Positions 52,082 through 60,976 of a DNA stretch of 64,000 bases are shown in pieces. The DNA lies in the NCBI GenBank assembly GCA_022690815.1, contig JALCZJ010000012.1, forward strand, positions 7,150 through 71,149. The letters run 5' to 3'. The stretch comes from Ferrimicrobium sp. Its GTDB lineage: Bacteria; Actinomycetota; Acidimicrobiia; Acidimicrobiales; Acidimicrobiaceae. The position numbers and the translations under genes are program-made. Below the pieces are notes generated by a model. That model did no database searches, was not told the DNA's origin, and saw only the letters and a list, made by a program, of their open reading frames with translations. Within the stretch, counting starts at the first letter, position 1. Each line of letters opens with the position of its first letter.

Positions 52082-52588
52082 TCAACGCACAGGGGCCTGT
52101 GGGTCGACAACGGTTCGTGCTGACGCCCTGGCTGGAGCCGGGACCGCTTGAGAATCAGGCTGGCCCTGCAAGTGCTGGCAGGCCGGACAGACTCCTTTGA
52201 AGACGATCTCGACTCCTGTGATGATGAAGCCGAATTGTTGCTGCTGGTCGAGTCTCAAACGATCATCGCCAACAGGGTGCACGTCTTGCAACGCCTGGCA
52301 GTTGGTACAGACAAGATGGTGATGCGCTTTAGCGACATTCGGGTCATAGCGCTTCACTCCATCGTCAACGGCGACAACGCGGAGCTCTTGCATGGCGACC
52401 AGCTCCCGAAGGGTGTTGTAGACCGTGGCCTGACTGATCTCGTCTAAACGCTGTCGCGCCTGTTGATAGACCTCCTCTGCGCTCAAGTGGACGTTATCGC
52501 CCTCGAGAACCTCGGCGACAACTCGACGCTGAGCGCTCAGTCGCCAACCCCGATCTCGTAATCGATCGATCAGTTGCACTTGATTCAC
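52082..52588 (-). CDS. Fur-family metalloregulator (Fur/Zur/PerR not distinguishable)
   Basis: ATVYNTLREL recognition helix, HHHLVCTNCQ and CPACQ zinc motifs. GTG start preceded by GGGAGG. Confidence 0.88.
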   Translation of the reverse strand: MNQVQLIDRLRDRGWRLSAQRRVVAEVLEGDNVHLSAEEVYQQARQRLDEISQATVYNTLRELVAMQELRVVAVDDGVKRYDPNVAKAHHHLVCTNCQALQDVHPVGDDRLRLDQQQQFGFIITGVEIVFKGVCPACQHLQGQPDSQAVPAPARASARTVVDPQAPVR

Positions 52589-52854
52589 GTCTATCGCCTC
52601 CCACCATTTCAGTCTAGGACTTACGCCCCAGTGAGATCATCGGCATGGGGGCACCCCTTTTACCGAGAGCAGTCGATCAAGATCAGGACAACTCTGGCGG
52701 CTTCACAGTGGGCCACACCAGAGACCGTACGTATACCGGGTCACTACGCACGGACTAGCCGCAGTCAAATCGTCACCAGTATCGAACGAATTGACCGCAA
52801 CACAGGCTCTCAACCGAACCCTAGTGGGCAGCTTGGCCCACAATGAACTGGTTG

Positions 52855-53301
52855 CTACTTGCGAGCGCTCGCCACGAAAACCGGAATGCGACGCTCGGTT
52901 TTCGTTTGATATTCCGCATACGGTGGGAACGCTGCTACCGCGCGCTCCCACCAGATGACGCGCTCTTGGCCTTCCACCTGTCTGACGAGAGCATCCATCA
53001 CAAGTTCACGGTCATGAATCGTCACCTGATCAGGGTGCGCGATCAAGTTGTAATACCAAAACGGATGCTCTGGCGCGCCACCCTTCGACGCCACCAGCGC
53101 ATACTCTCCGTCATGCTCGACACGCATCAACGGAGTCTTGCGCAACTTGCCAGTCTTAGCTCCGAGCGTCCAGAGGATGATCACCGGCAAGCCCGTGTCA
53201 GAGAGCGTTCCTCCCTCTCGTCCGTTTGTACGCTCATAAAGATCTACTTGATTGCGAACCCACTCTTGGGTGCTCGGCACATAGTCACCGGATAATGGCA
53301 T
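52855..53301 (-). CDS. deazaflavin(F420)-dependent nitroreductase-family protein (DDN/DUF385)
   Basis: [34 protein letters not shown] and TERRIPVFV are family hallmarks. TATACT lies 6 nt upstream of the ATG, suggesting a leaderless transcript. Confidence 0.88.
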   Translation of the reverse strand: MPLSGDYVPSTQEWVRNQVDLYERTNGREGGTLSDTGLPVIILWTLGAKTGKLRKTPLMRVEHDGEYALVASKGGAPEHPFWYYNLIAHPDQVTIHDRELVMDALVRQVEGQERVIWWERAVAAFPPYAEYQTKTERRIPVFVASARK

Positions 53302-53411
53302 ATGACAAGTATAGAGCTAACCGTCAGGACGCTAGCAAAACGCATGCCAACTGGATAAAGAGGAGGTGGTGAAATCTCAGGTCTTCCGCGTGACCCGCCT
53401 CGCGTACTCAC

Positions 53412-53970
53412 CGACTATCACCTCTCATCGCCCTACTGCAAGGCTGTCTGAGCGAAGCAACACGCACCATGAGTGCTGCGGTCGGTCCGCGCAGAGGCAA
53501 CTCACCGAGAATTAGATAACCCTGCTGTAGTGCCGTAGCACCGGTGCAACAGGCCACGACCCTGCGGACCTGTCGCCATCGGCCCTTGAAGTGCTCTGGT
53601 GTAGGTGCCGGGCTTTGTCCCGCCTCTGGTTCTTAGGTGGGCCGTTGTCCACGCTGCACCCCAAACCGTATCAATCTCCTAGTAAATGCACCTGCGTCCA
53701 CGTTCATCCAACAGTCCTGGATCTAAGGCACAGCCTGGTGGCATGACACCACTACGTTCACAACCACAAACCGGTCGGCACCAACCACATGCGAGTGCCC
53801 AACATCTCGGCCATCAGACATCCGGCTTACATCGCGCCACCCGTTTCAAGCCGCGCGCGGCCAAGTACGAAGTCCCTAAGGCCGGAATGCCGCCGTAGTA
53901 GAGTAGCCACCTCGGCCTCAACGAGGTATAGGTGCAAGTCTCTCGACCTTACAGTGGTACGTGATAGTCG
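53412..53970 (-). ncRNA. candidate large structured RNA of unknown class (strand tentative)
   Basis: About 600 nt of G+C-rich DNA with no minus-strand ORF of 60 aa or more and only two short plus-strand ORFs. The minus strand is G/U-rich. A 10-bp terminal helix joins cgactatcac (53412-21) to gtgatagtcg (53961-70). An AT-rich tract lies immediately 5' on the minus strand. Confidence 0.25.
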
Positions 53971-54126
53971 CAGGTTATTATTTTTCTAATAGTTTTTTTT
54001 ATTATTGCTTGTTCTATTATGCTTTCCATTCGCCACACCCGAGTCTACTTCAGCCACACTTGACTATCAAGCCTGCGGGCCATCGTTAGGTTCACGTGGC
54101 GTGATCCACAACCAACTACCGTGCCT

Positions 54127-54171
54127 AGAGACAGGAATCTTAAATTTCCTTTCTGACTGTCTCTCGTTTTT
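54127..54171 (+). terminator. intrinsic-terminator-like hairpin with T-run
   Basis: agagacag(gaa)-loop-(ttcc..)ctgtctct followed by cgttttt. No upstream protein gene on this strand. Confidence 0.35.
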
Positions 54172-54382
54172 AAGGTGCCGTAGCGTCACGTTGTGACCTT
54201 AGCGAGACGTATCGATGGATACAGAGAATAGCTCTCTATACAGGTCAAATGCTCAATACAATCAAACTTCCCTTATGTGGCCTAGGGATCCACAATCCGG
54301 AGAGTTCACAAAGATGAGGCTTACTGCGCTAACATCGTGCACTTTGTAGTTCACGATAGTTCGTACCATACTGACGAACTCT

Positions 54383-55420
54383 GTGTGGTCACAGAGGATT
54401 CATCAACACGGTGACTCGACACGTGAGCCACGTTGTGCCGGGTGGACGGCGGTGGGGATATCTACTACTATCCTTATGGTTATGAACTCTTCCATGACTA
54501 TACCAATACATCACAAGGGTGCGGCGGCGGCCATCGTTATCAGTATCGCAGTGTCGATGGTCCTCGCTGTCCACTTCTTCCACCAGTCGGCGGCATTGGT
54601 GCCCGAGATGGGCGCCGTTGGCTCAGGACTCTTGTTCTTTAGGAATCGTTCGTGGCTGGACCAATTGATCCCGTTCTACGCCTACATTGTGATCGCAGCG
54701 ATCTTTGGGCTCTCCATATCAATGTATGTCGATATCCCGGTCTGGCTCAAAATCCCCCTGGTACTTGCAGTGGTGTTCACGGGGTTGGTAATCTCAAAGG
54801 TGCCTGCATTGCCTGCGCTCTCGGCAGGACTTTTACCGATCTACCTGGACATCCACTCATGGTGGTATCCGATAGCGGTGGCCACCCTCATGGGAATCGA
54901 AGCCCTTGTGGCTTTGCTCTGGCTCAAGCCAGACTTTCGCCGGGACCGCACCACGCCATGGAAACTCGAGCATGTTGGTAGGGTCGTTGGCTCGCTTGTG
55001 ATAGCTCTGCTTGTGATGCTCGCATTCGGCACCCCTTTGTTGATGGTTCCCCCGCTGTTGGTAGCGATGTCTGAGCGCGCCCAACATCTTTCGCGAACCC
55101 GCCTGGTGTCTGACGATATCATCACGGTGGTTTGGTTGGTCACTCCATTGGAACTATCGATCGGTCTACTGCTCTGGACTCACGATCCATATTTGATCGT
55201 TATCTCGCTGCTCATCGCCTATGCCGGGTCTGCCGCATTGAAAAAGCAGATTGGACCGGTATTTGCATTGGCGATGGTCCCGTTGCTGTTCAGTTATGCG
55301 GTCGACGAGCGGCTGATAGGCTTTGCCCTGATTGGATCTGTCGTAGCACAGTTCAGCCCTCTCATAACCGCAAACATAGTCAAGATGTTAAACGCTACTC
55401 GTCGCGCGACCGTGTCCTGA
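54383..55420 (+). CDS. hypothetical polytopic membrane protein (about 9-10 TMS)
   Basis: Long open frame in lower-G+C DNA, hydrophobic throughout. GTG start at 54383 or ATG at 54476. No family recognised. Confidence 0.55.
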   Translation: MWSQRIHQHGDSTREPRCAGWTAVGISTTILMVMNSSMTIPIHHKGAAAAIVISIAVSMVLAVHFFHQSAALVPEMGAVGSGLLFFRNRSWLDQLIPFYAYIVIAAIFGLSISMYVDIPVWLKIPLVLAVVFTGLVISKVPALPALSAGLLPIYLDIHSWWYPIAVATLMGIEALVALLWLKPDFRRDRTTPWKLEHVGRVVGSLVIALLVMLAFGTPLLMVPPLLVAMSERAQHLSRTRLVSDDIITVVWLVTPLELSIGLLLWTHDPYLIVISLLIAYAGSAALKKQIGPVFALAMVPLLFSYAVDERLIGFALIGSVVAQFSPLITANIVKMLNATRRATVS

Positions 55421-55470
55421 TGAGAGCCGTTTGCAATGCTCGGTCACCCTGTCCGAATGCGTAGCTGCCA

Positions 55471-55860
55471 ATTGCGGAATCCTCCCTTAACTTAGCGACT
55501 TTCCTCTTTTATGACTCCTTGATACCCACTGGGTGTTGGCGGCCTCTTGGCAGTGACGTTGAGCAGTCCCGTCAGTGTTGGCGATCTGATGCAATCGCTC
55601 CGACACACGGTCGGCCCACGCAGTGATGCTAGGCTCAACGAAGCACTTACACGCCAACCACCGGCGGGGGTGAATGGGCTGCCGCTGGCCCTACAGGTTT
55701 TGCTGCCGCATCACCCTTCCTTGTTGACTCGCCCCCATCTGCACAGGCGGGGAAGGCTGCAACTACACGCCAAGCACTCCCGGATGGTAGTACGAGTTGT
55801 CTCAGAGACCCTTTGGTGGGCCGTTCGCGAAACTGGTGTGACCTGCCTGAATGAAAGGTC
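55471..55860 (-). mobile_element. decayed terminus plus 3' coding remnant of an unclassified transposable element (repeat copy 1)
   Basis: The 49-bp conserved end is attgcggaatcctcccttaacttagcgactttcctcttttatgactcct. Adjacent minus-strand frame reads ...ITAWADRVSERLHQIANTDG...* and is paralogous to 60620-60830. Confidence 0.4.
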
Positions 55861-55864
55861 AAGG

Positions 55865-55912
55865 ATTGCAGAATCCTCTCTTAACATAGCGACGTTCCTT
55901 TTTTATATTGAA
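55865..55912. repeat. second, solo copy of the 49-bp element-terminus motif
   Basis: attgcagaatcctctcttaacatagcgacgttccttttttat aligns with the copies at 55471 and 60620, all in the same orientation. Confidence 0.5.
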
Positions 55913-56199
55913 TGCGAGATAGGTCGCTAGCGAGGGAGTAGAGATTCAGAGTTTTGGCACTGCCATACTTTTGACAACAACTCCCAGTCGATTGCCAAGG
56001 TGACCAACAATCTCGGAGAGCGCTGCACCAAACCCATAAGCGGAGTCTTCACACTCGAGGAGAGCAAATCCACGTCAAGAGGCTCATGATCATCATGACG
56101 GCTGACTGTATGTCGCCGAGGACGCGTATTATCACCTCATTCCTCTAGTGCAGAACTTGACTGCTCGACCCATCAACAAACTTCGCGATTAACACCGGC

Positions 56200-56469
56200 T
56201 TGGACATCAGTGATAATTCACCTCGTAGAGACCTTCCGACGTGGATCAACACGCTGGTTGGCAACACCAAGAAGTTCACCGATGGCACCTATCACGGAAG
56301 AGAAGAGCACAAACAGCTCTACATGGAGGAGTTCGTCTACCGGTTCAACCGCAGACGCATTAGATCATCTCTGGTCAATCGGCTCCTGAACACCTGCGTT
56401 CAGAGCACACCTCATCCATTTATCTCGACTCGTGGTGTGCAACAGGGCGTGGCTTGTGAATCTTTATAA
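56200..56469 (+). pseudogene. C-terminal fragment of an IS1595-family (ISXO2-like) transposase
   Basis: WINTLVGNTKKFTDGTYHGREEHKQLYMEEFVYRFNRRR matches the family C-terminal pattern (HTN.IE..W..LKR...GTYH....KHL..YL.EF.FR.N.R). No N-terminal or DDE part is present. Confidence 0.7.
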
Positions 56470-56481
56470 GTATGTATATCT

Positions 56482-56808
56482 TTGCGTATAGGCAACTCAG
56501 GAGTCGGATGGTACCACATAAATGTTACCCACGGCATTACGAATCCACAAATAATCATCGAGACTATTGAGGACAGCACCCTGATTTGGACCAACGTGAA
56601 ACCTGAGGGTTACGGTTGTGTATCAGACCAGTGCGAGGGCCAATTCTATATTGGTAACATTCCCACCCCAATCTATACCTATGCATGGGTAGTCATGGGT
56701 GGGGGGGATTTCGTTAATGATTTCGTGAGTCCGATCGGCGCTACTACCACGTTTTGTAGAGACTATAGTGGACTCTGCCCAGGCATTATCAATTCCGTCA
56801 GTGGCTAG
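56482..56808 (+). CDS. hypothetical Cys-containing small protein, probably 5'-truncated (possible orphan toxin C-terminal domain)
   Basis: The frame opens (TTG) 13 nt after the IS1595 remnant. Contains GVGWYHINVTHGI and 4 Cys. No signal peptide or SD. Confidence 0.35.
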   Translation: MRIGNSGVGWYHINVTHGITNPQIIIETIEDSTLIWTNVKPEGYGCVSDQCEGQFYIGNIPTPIYTYAWVVMGGGDFVNDFVSPIGATTTFCRDYSGLCPGIINSVSG

Positions 56809-56833
56809 CGCAGAAATCAGTTAGAGTGACATC

Positions 56834-57823
56834 ATGGACAGTGACAATCAAGCAATTGAGAACGCTCGGCGTGACTACGACCGTCCAGGACACCGGACCA
56901 CTTACTTTGTAAGGCAAATGCTGACACTACCCTACGTAGCTGCTTGCGTTGGACTTGAGCCGCTCCTTGGGTCAAAGCGACGCATTCGTGGGTGTTTCTT
57001 CGAAGGTTTTGGGGTGATGCATCTCTTCTTTTCGGAGCGCAACGATCCTGAACGTATTTCAGCACTCACGCTGAACTCGTACGGGACCTGGACCCCCGAC
57101 CGTCTTTCGATCGTCATCCACGGGTTGCTCACCGGGCAACTTGGCTTAGTCGAAGTCGAAGACCAGTGCCCCTTTGCCGAGTACCTCAGTGCCCATCCAG
57201 AAGAGCCGGTCGATCGGCTCATCGATCGCTTCTACGCGATCGACACCTCGGCCCCGAGTGACCTGCTAGCGAAGAATGCTCCCTTTGCTTGGCCGTCAAC
57301 GTATGGAGTACACGAATCCCTCAAGATCTCTTGGAGTGTTCTGCTCGTAAGTGGCCATTATGTCGGATTGGAGCGTTGGGAGAGTCTGTCCGAAAGTGAG
57401 GACGAGCGCAACGGCGATTCACAAGCCTCGCTGAACCCTGACGATCCCGATGATCAGCAAGAGGCATCTCCTCAATTGCTCGGGTTTGTAGCTCTCTCTG
57501 GTCAGACCGTACGCTACTACCGACGAGAGGGCCCACTGACTGTCGCCTATCAATACGATGTCGATAATGCAGATGCAATACGGTTTGGTACCGAGAATAT
57601 TTGTGATTTTCTGGGCGGATCGTTCTCTTTGGAGTCCACTCAAATGCGCAAAGCCATCGGAGATCTCCCAATAAATGAGGTCGCAGAAGTCACGTTCGCG
57701 AACGGGGTCAAGCTGCTCTTTCGTCCCGAAGGACCAGCGAGGCTTGAACCAGGGCCCCCAGGATCCCCATGGGATGCTGCCTGTCCCGGCGATGGCTTTG
57801 CTTCCATTGTGATCAGGATCTGA
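56834..57823 (+). CDS. hypothetical acidic cytoplasmic protein (329 aa)
   Basis: Open frame starting 26 nt after the previous ORF. Acidic low-complexity linker SESEDERNGDSQASLNPDDPDDQQE. No family recognised. Confidence 0.5.
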   Translation: MDSDNQAIENARRDYDRPGHRTTYFVRQMLTLPYVAACVGLEPLLGSKRRIRGCFFEGFGVMHLFFSERNDPERISALTLNSYGTWTPDRLSIVIHGLLTGQLGLVEVEDQCPFAEYLSAHPEEPVDRLIDRFYAIDTSAPSDLLAKNAPFAWPSTYGVHESLKISWSVLLVSGHYVGLERWESLSESEDERNGDSQASLNPDDPDDQQEASPQLLGFVALSGQTVRYYRREGPLTVAYQYDVDNADAIRFGTENICDFLGGSFSLESTQMRKAIGDLPINEVAEVTFANGVKLLFRPEGPARLEPGPPGSPWDAACPGDGFASIVIRI

Positions 57824-58227
57824 AATCTGACGTGTCCCCACCACTCCGCTCAAGCCAGCAAGCTTGGACGTTGACGATGATGCCGGCGATTCGCATTGAC
57901 GACTATATCCCTAAGGTCTCGCCAGTTCGTTGGCATAAGGAGCAGACTTGGAGCTAAGACGAAATAACACTTGCGCTCACAAAACAATGACGCTGATCAC
58001 TTGCTTTCACTTCACAGAACGTTTCTCCAGCACATCTGCGTGCGCGGACTGTCCGGAGGGTTACGCTTCCAATACCTTGGCACAATAACCGAGGTACCCG
58101 CATCCAACCGTTTGGTTGAGAACGTATTGCCAGCTAGGTGAAACGGGACGGAAACCTTGAGACTGTCATGTCTCAAATCTGTGACAGTGAAAGCAATGCG
58201 GACAAGATTGCCCTGGCCATTCGTCGG

Positions 58228-58734
58228 TTAGCCACCGCGATGTCGACCAGCGAGCCGAAGCAACTTTGGCACAACCCCAACGGCAACCAAGGCGACTAGC
58301 AGGACTACATCGAGAACCGTGGAGCCGGGCGTAAGCCGACGTGTTACGAGTTGAGCGATAAGCGCTACCCCAAGCACCACCACGGCAACGAATAAAAGTA
58401 CCTGCGACGCGTGTCCAACTCGCTCCATTGTCGGCGAAATCACCATGTTGTTGGACGCCCGAGCCCCAACACTTCTCTTTCTAGAGGGAAGCAGCAAGAA
58501 TCTCACGGCTGGTTTAGCCTTGGCCGGATCGAGATTAACTCCTACGCTGAGCGCTACGGCTACGCCAACAACGATTGAAAGGCAAGATCCGAGAAAGCTC
58601 CGGTCTAAGCTCGCGAGCCACACCAGGTGCAAGACCCGCGCCACAATCGTTGACAGCAACCTGACGACGAGGGCGGTACCAAACATGACTACGCTGAGGA
58701 AAGCCTGCATGGTTGGTTTGCGATTCATGTTCAT
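58228..58734 (-). CDS. hypothetical membrane protein (4 TMS)
   Basis: Hydrophobic open frame downstream of the peptide-A pseudogene on the same strand. Confidence 0.5.
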   Translation of the reverse strand: MNMNRKPTMQAFLSVVMFGTALVVRLLSTIVARVLHLVWLASLDRSFLGSCLSIVVGVAVALSVGVNLDPAKAKPAVRFLLLPSRKRSVGARASNNMVISPTMERVGHASQVLLFVAVVVLGVALIAQLVTRRLTPGSTVLDVVLLVALVAVGVVPKLLRLAGRHRGG

Positions 58735-58971
58735 AACATACCCGCATTCATCGATACATTCAGCTTTGCTTACAGACGGCCAGTAGCGTCGGATCCGACG
58801 CGAGGCACTGACAGTGAGGAAAACGTCTGAGCGAGCCAGCTTGACTCAATAGCAGTCACGCACTCACCCGTTATGTTGGACCCAATTGCCCCTCCAACCC
58901 AGATATCCCCTAAGCCCCCAGTAAAGTAAGTAATAACTCACCACCTAAGACTCCAACCACGCAATCACCCA

Positions 58972-59256
58972 CTAATAACCCGCCACTATTACCCGTCGCC
59001 TTAATATACAGTGTACTTCCGTTGATGTACACATACTTCTCCATATAGTCTTCGATCCGCACGTGCCGCCCGGATCACAAATCAAGTTTGGATTAACTGA
59101 TAGATTCGGGCTGGCTCCACCTATGCCACTAGAAGTAGGTTGGGTTGCCTCACCTGAGTGACTCGCCGTCAACCCGATCCCAGTCCCCAAGCTAGCGAGA
59201 CCAAGACTCAGAGCTACTACTGCCCCCCCTCAAACCATATTCCGTACTTTCATCAT
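58972..59256 (-). pseudogene. small secreted Cys-rich peptide gene (paralog A) with a premature TGA at codon 9
   Basis: Reads MMKVRNMV*GGAVVALSLGLASLGTGIGLT... then ...CDPGGTCGSKTIWRSMCTSTEVHC.... The leader is near-identical to that of 61534..61743, where the same codon is CGA. Confidence 0.45.
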
Positions 59257-59473
59257 TACCCCTGCTGGTAATCATCGCTACCAGAGTTATCGCCTGGTGC
59301 AATCGAAAACCTAACACAACATGGCGACGATTGCACGACATTTTCAGTTATTATCGAGAGTTTATCATCTAGCAGGGATTTTGACGGACCTTCCATGGGA
59401 GTGCCAGCTCCCGACAAGAAGCGGTATTCGGGTGGGCGAATGATCTGGCCGTGGCGAGAGTGCTGGGGCCAAG
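59167..59473. repeat. 307-bp segmental duplication, copy A
   Basis: Manual alignment to 61654..61960 gives about 21 mismatches and no indels (~93% identity). Covers the peptide leader, the intergenic region and the start of an ISAzo13-like fragment. Confidence 0.85.
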
Positions 59474-59800
59474 CGCTGAGATCCAGTGGTCGATGAGATT
59501 CAGTTCTCGCTAATCCAATGCCACCGAACTTCTCATTACGGCGCATGTTGGTGCAAGTAACGGATCGCGGGTTCGGCTCTTTGAGCTTGAGATCCAAGAA
59601 CTCGTCAATGAGATAGGGATTCCTATCACTGTCTGCCACTTGTCTCCTGGAACCTCCAAATTGAACACCGGCTCTTCTCATTTATCAGCGTGAGCTGGAA
59701 GGGTCAGCCCCTCGTCAGTCACGAACTGATGCTTAACCTGATTGCCAACACCAGAACCAAGAGTGGGCTCACTTTTGTGAAAGCACACAGGGGGATATCT
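59321..59800 (+). pseudogene. C-terminal half of an ISAzo13-family (DDE_Tnp_ISAZ13) transposase, frameshifted and truncated
   Basis: ELLITAHVGASNGSRVRLFELEIQELVNEIGIPITVCHLSPGTSK, then in another frame SWKGQPLVSHELMLNLIANTRTKSGLT. These match the family pattern LLI..D.GGSNG.R...W..EL..LA.E.GL.I.VCH.PPGTSKWNKIEHR.F..I..NWRG.PL.SHE. Confidence 0.75.
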
Positions 59801-60078
59801 ATAAGGGCGCAAGTACGCAGGAGTTTGAACCTGCATCTCATAGATGAGGCTAACCGCTTATCGCTCGAGAAGCAGATCGCATCAAGAGGTTGGAGTAAGC
59901 AGGTTGACATGGCCATTGACAATCACCTCAATGTCGGTACTCCAGTTCCTCATCTCATGAAGGCTGCTGGAATCGAAACGCTCGATGCCTTTGACCGCTA
60001 TCTCCGATTCCTCACAGAGCCAGATGCGAACGAGTTTCGCATTGCCCTACGCGCTGCTCATTCCAGGGAGGACAATGC

Positions 60079-60591
60079 ATGACCATTGACTCCCACTCAC
60101 ACGGCGTGATGGCGGATCAGGGATTGGGCCTCAGTACCTATCAGCCCCCAATTGATGACCTATGGGTCGCTCGTGTCATAGAGTTGATCGACAAGAGCGG
60201 GATCTGCGCTCGCGTGGCTGAGTGGAGGGCCATAGATAAGGAGGCGACTAGAGAGGGGCCCGGTGGGAGACCGAGGGGTTTGGATGACCATGTGGTTCTT
60301 GTTCTTCTCTTAGTGCTTGCATTGGAGGGATCGCCAGTCTTGTTGAAGCACCTGGCAGCTGCGATCGCATGCCGTCTCTCTGAAAGAGCAAGGGAGATGC
60401 CTGGAATCACTCCGAATCAATACGACGCTGCTGGTTGGTACGACCGATGCTGGCGGGCGTTTCATGCCTTTGTGGACGTGATTGACCCCTTCCCAGGACC
60501 GAGGAACCGTCTCTTGATAAAGGATGAGTGGGCCGAAGTCATAGCCGCTCGTGATCCCGAGGAGTCCTTGGTGGGCCGTTTGCGAAACTAG
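60079..60591 (+). CDS. hypothetical protein (170 aa)
   Basis: The ATG overlaps the stop of the preceding frame (gcATGAcc). Contains GGRPRGLDDHVVLVLLLVLALEG. No family recognised. Confidence 0.4.
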   Translation: MTIDSHSHGVMADQGLGLSTYQPPIDDLWVARVIELIDKSGICARVAEWRAIDKEATREGPGGRPRGLDDHVVLVLLLVLALEGSPVLLKHLAAAIACRLSERAREMPGITPNQYDAAGWYDRCWRAFHAFVDVIDPFPGPRNRLLIKDEWAEVIAARDPEESLVGRLRN

Positions 60592-60619
60592 GTTGACCAG
60601 CCCAAACGCACGGTGAGAA

Positions 60620-60940
60620 ATTGCAAAATCCTCTCCTAATTTAGCGACTTTCCTCTTTTACGACTCCTCAGAACCCGCTGAGTGTGGTCTTCTCACAAAC
60701 GAAGACGACCACGCTCAAGGGGCCATCCACCATCTCTTGAGTGCTCGTGATCTGATGCAATCGCTCCGACATGGTCTGCCCAAGCGGTGGTGCCACGCTT
60801 ACCGAAGCATCTACGAGCCAGTCCAGAGTGCAGATGAACCACCAACTCTCTTTTGTGGTACAAATCTGAGGTCCCATCAACTCGCGTCTGCCCAATGAGC
60901 TGCGAGCTGATTCGACAAAAATCGTTTGGGCCCCGCGTCC
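60620..60940 (-). mobile_element. decayed terminus plus 3' coding remnant of the same unclassified element (repeat copy 3)
   Basis: The end motif attgcaaaatcctctcctaatttagcgactttcctcttttacgactcct differs from copy 1 at 6 of 49 positions. It shares the internal block gatctgatgcaatcgctccgaca. The coding remnant (...TTAWADHV / SERLHQITSTQ...) is frameshifted. Confidence 0.4.
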
Positions 60941-60976
60941 CTAACTTAAGATTCTCGCTAGACCAATGGGCTGGGT

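Noticed and set aside
53365-53400. Riboswitch-like fragments: GGTGGTGAAATC / CCCGCC on the plus strand, and GAAGACCTGAGA on the minus strand. These recall cobalamin or TPP elements.
   Set aside because: The remaining consensus blocks (GCCACTG, GGGAAGGC, B12 box order, CUGAGA...ACCUGAUCUGG) are missing or in the wrong order. The gene context does not fit.
53812-53836. tcagacatccggcttac resembles the RNase P RNA CR-IV/V element ACAGAAnCCGGCUUA.
   Set aside because: The obligatory partner motif GGAAAGUCCGG (CR-I) is absent from both strands. The other conserved RNase P blocks could not be placed either.
53900-53990. A search for a tRNA or tmRNA 3' end at the island border as an integration site.
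   Set aside because: There is no T-loop (GGTTCRANTCC) or acceptor/CCA-like structure on either strand. ggtgcaagtctc does not fit the T-arm consensus.
59256-59681. A 141-aa minus-strand ORF.
   Set aside because: It is antisense to the clearly recognisable ISAzo13-like transposase remnant, and the opposite-strand reading explains the region.
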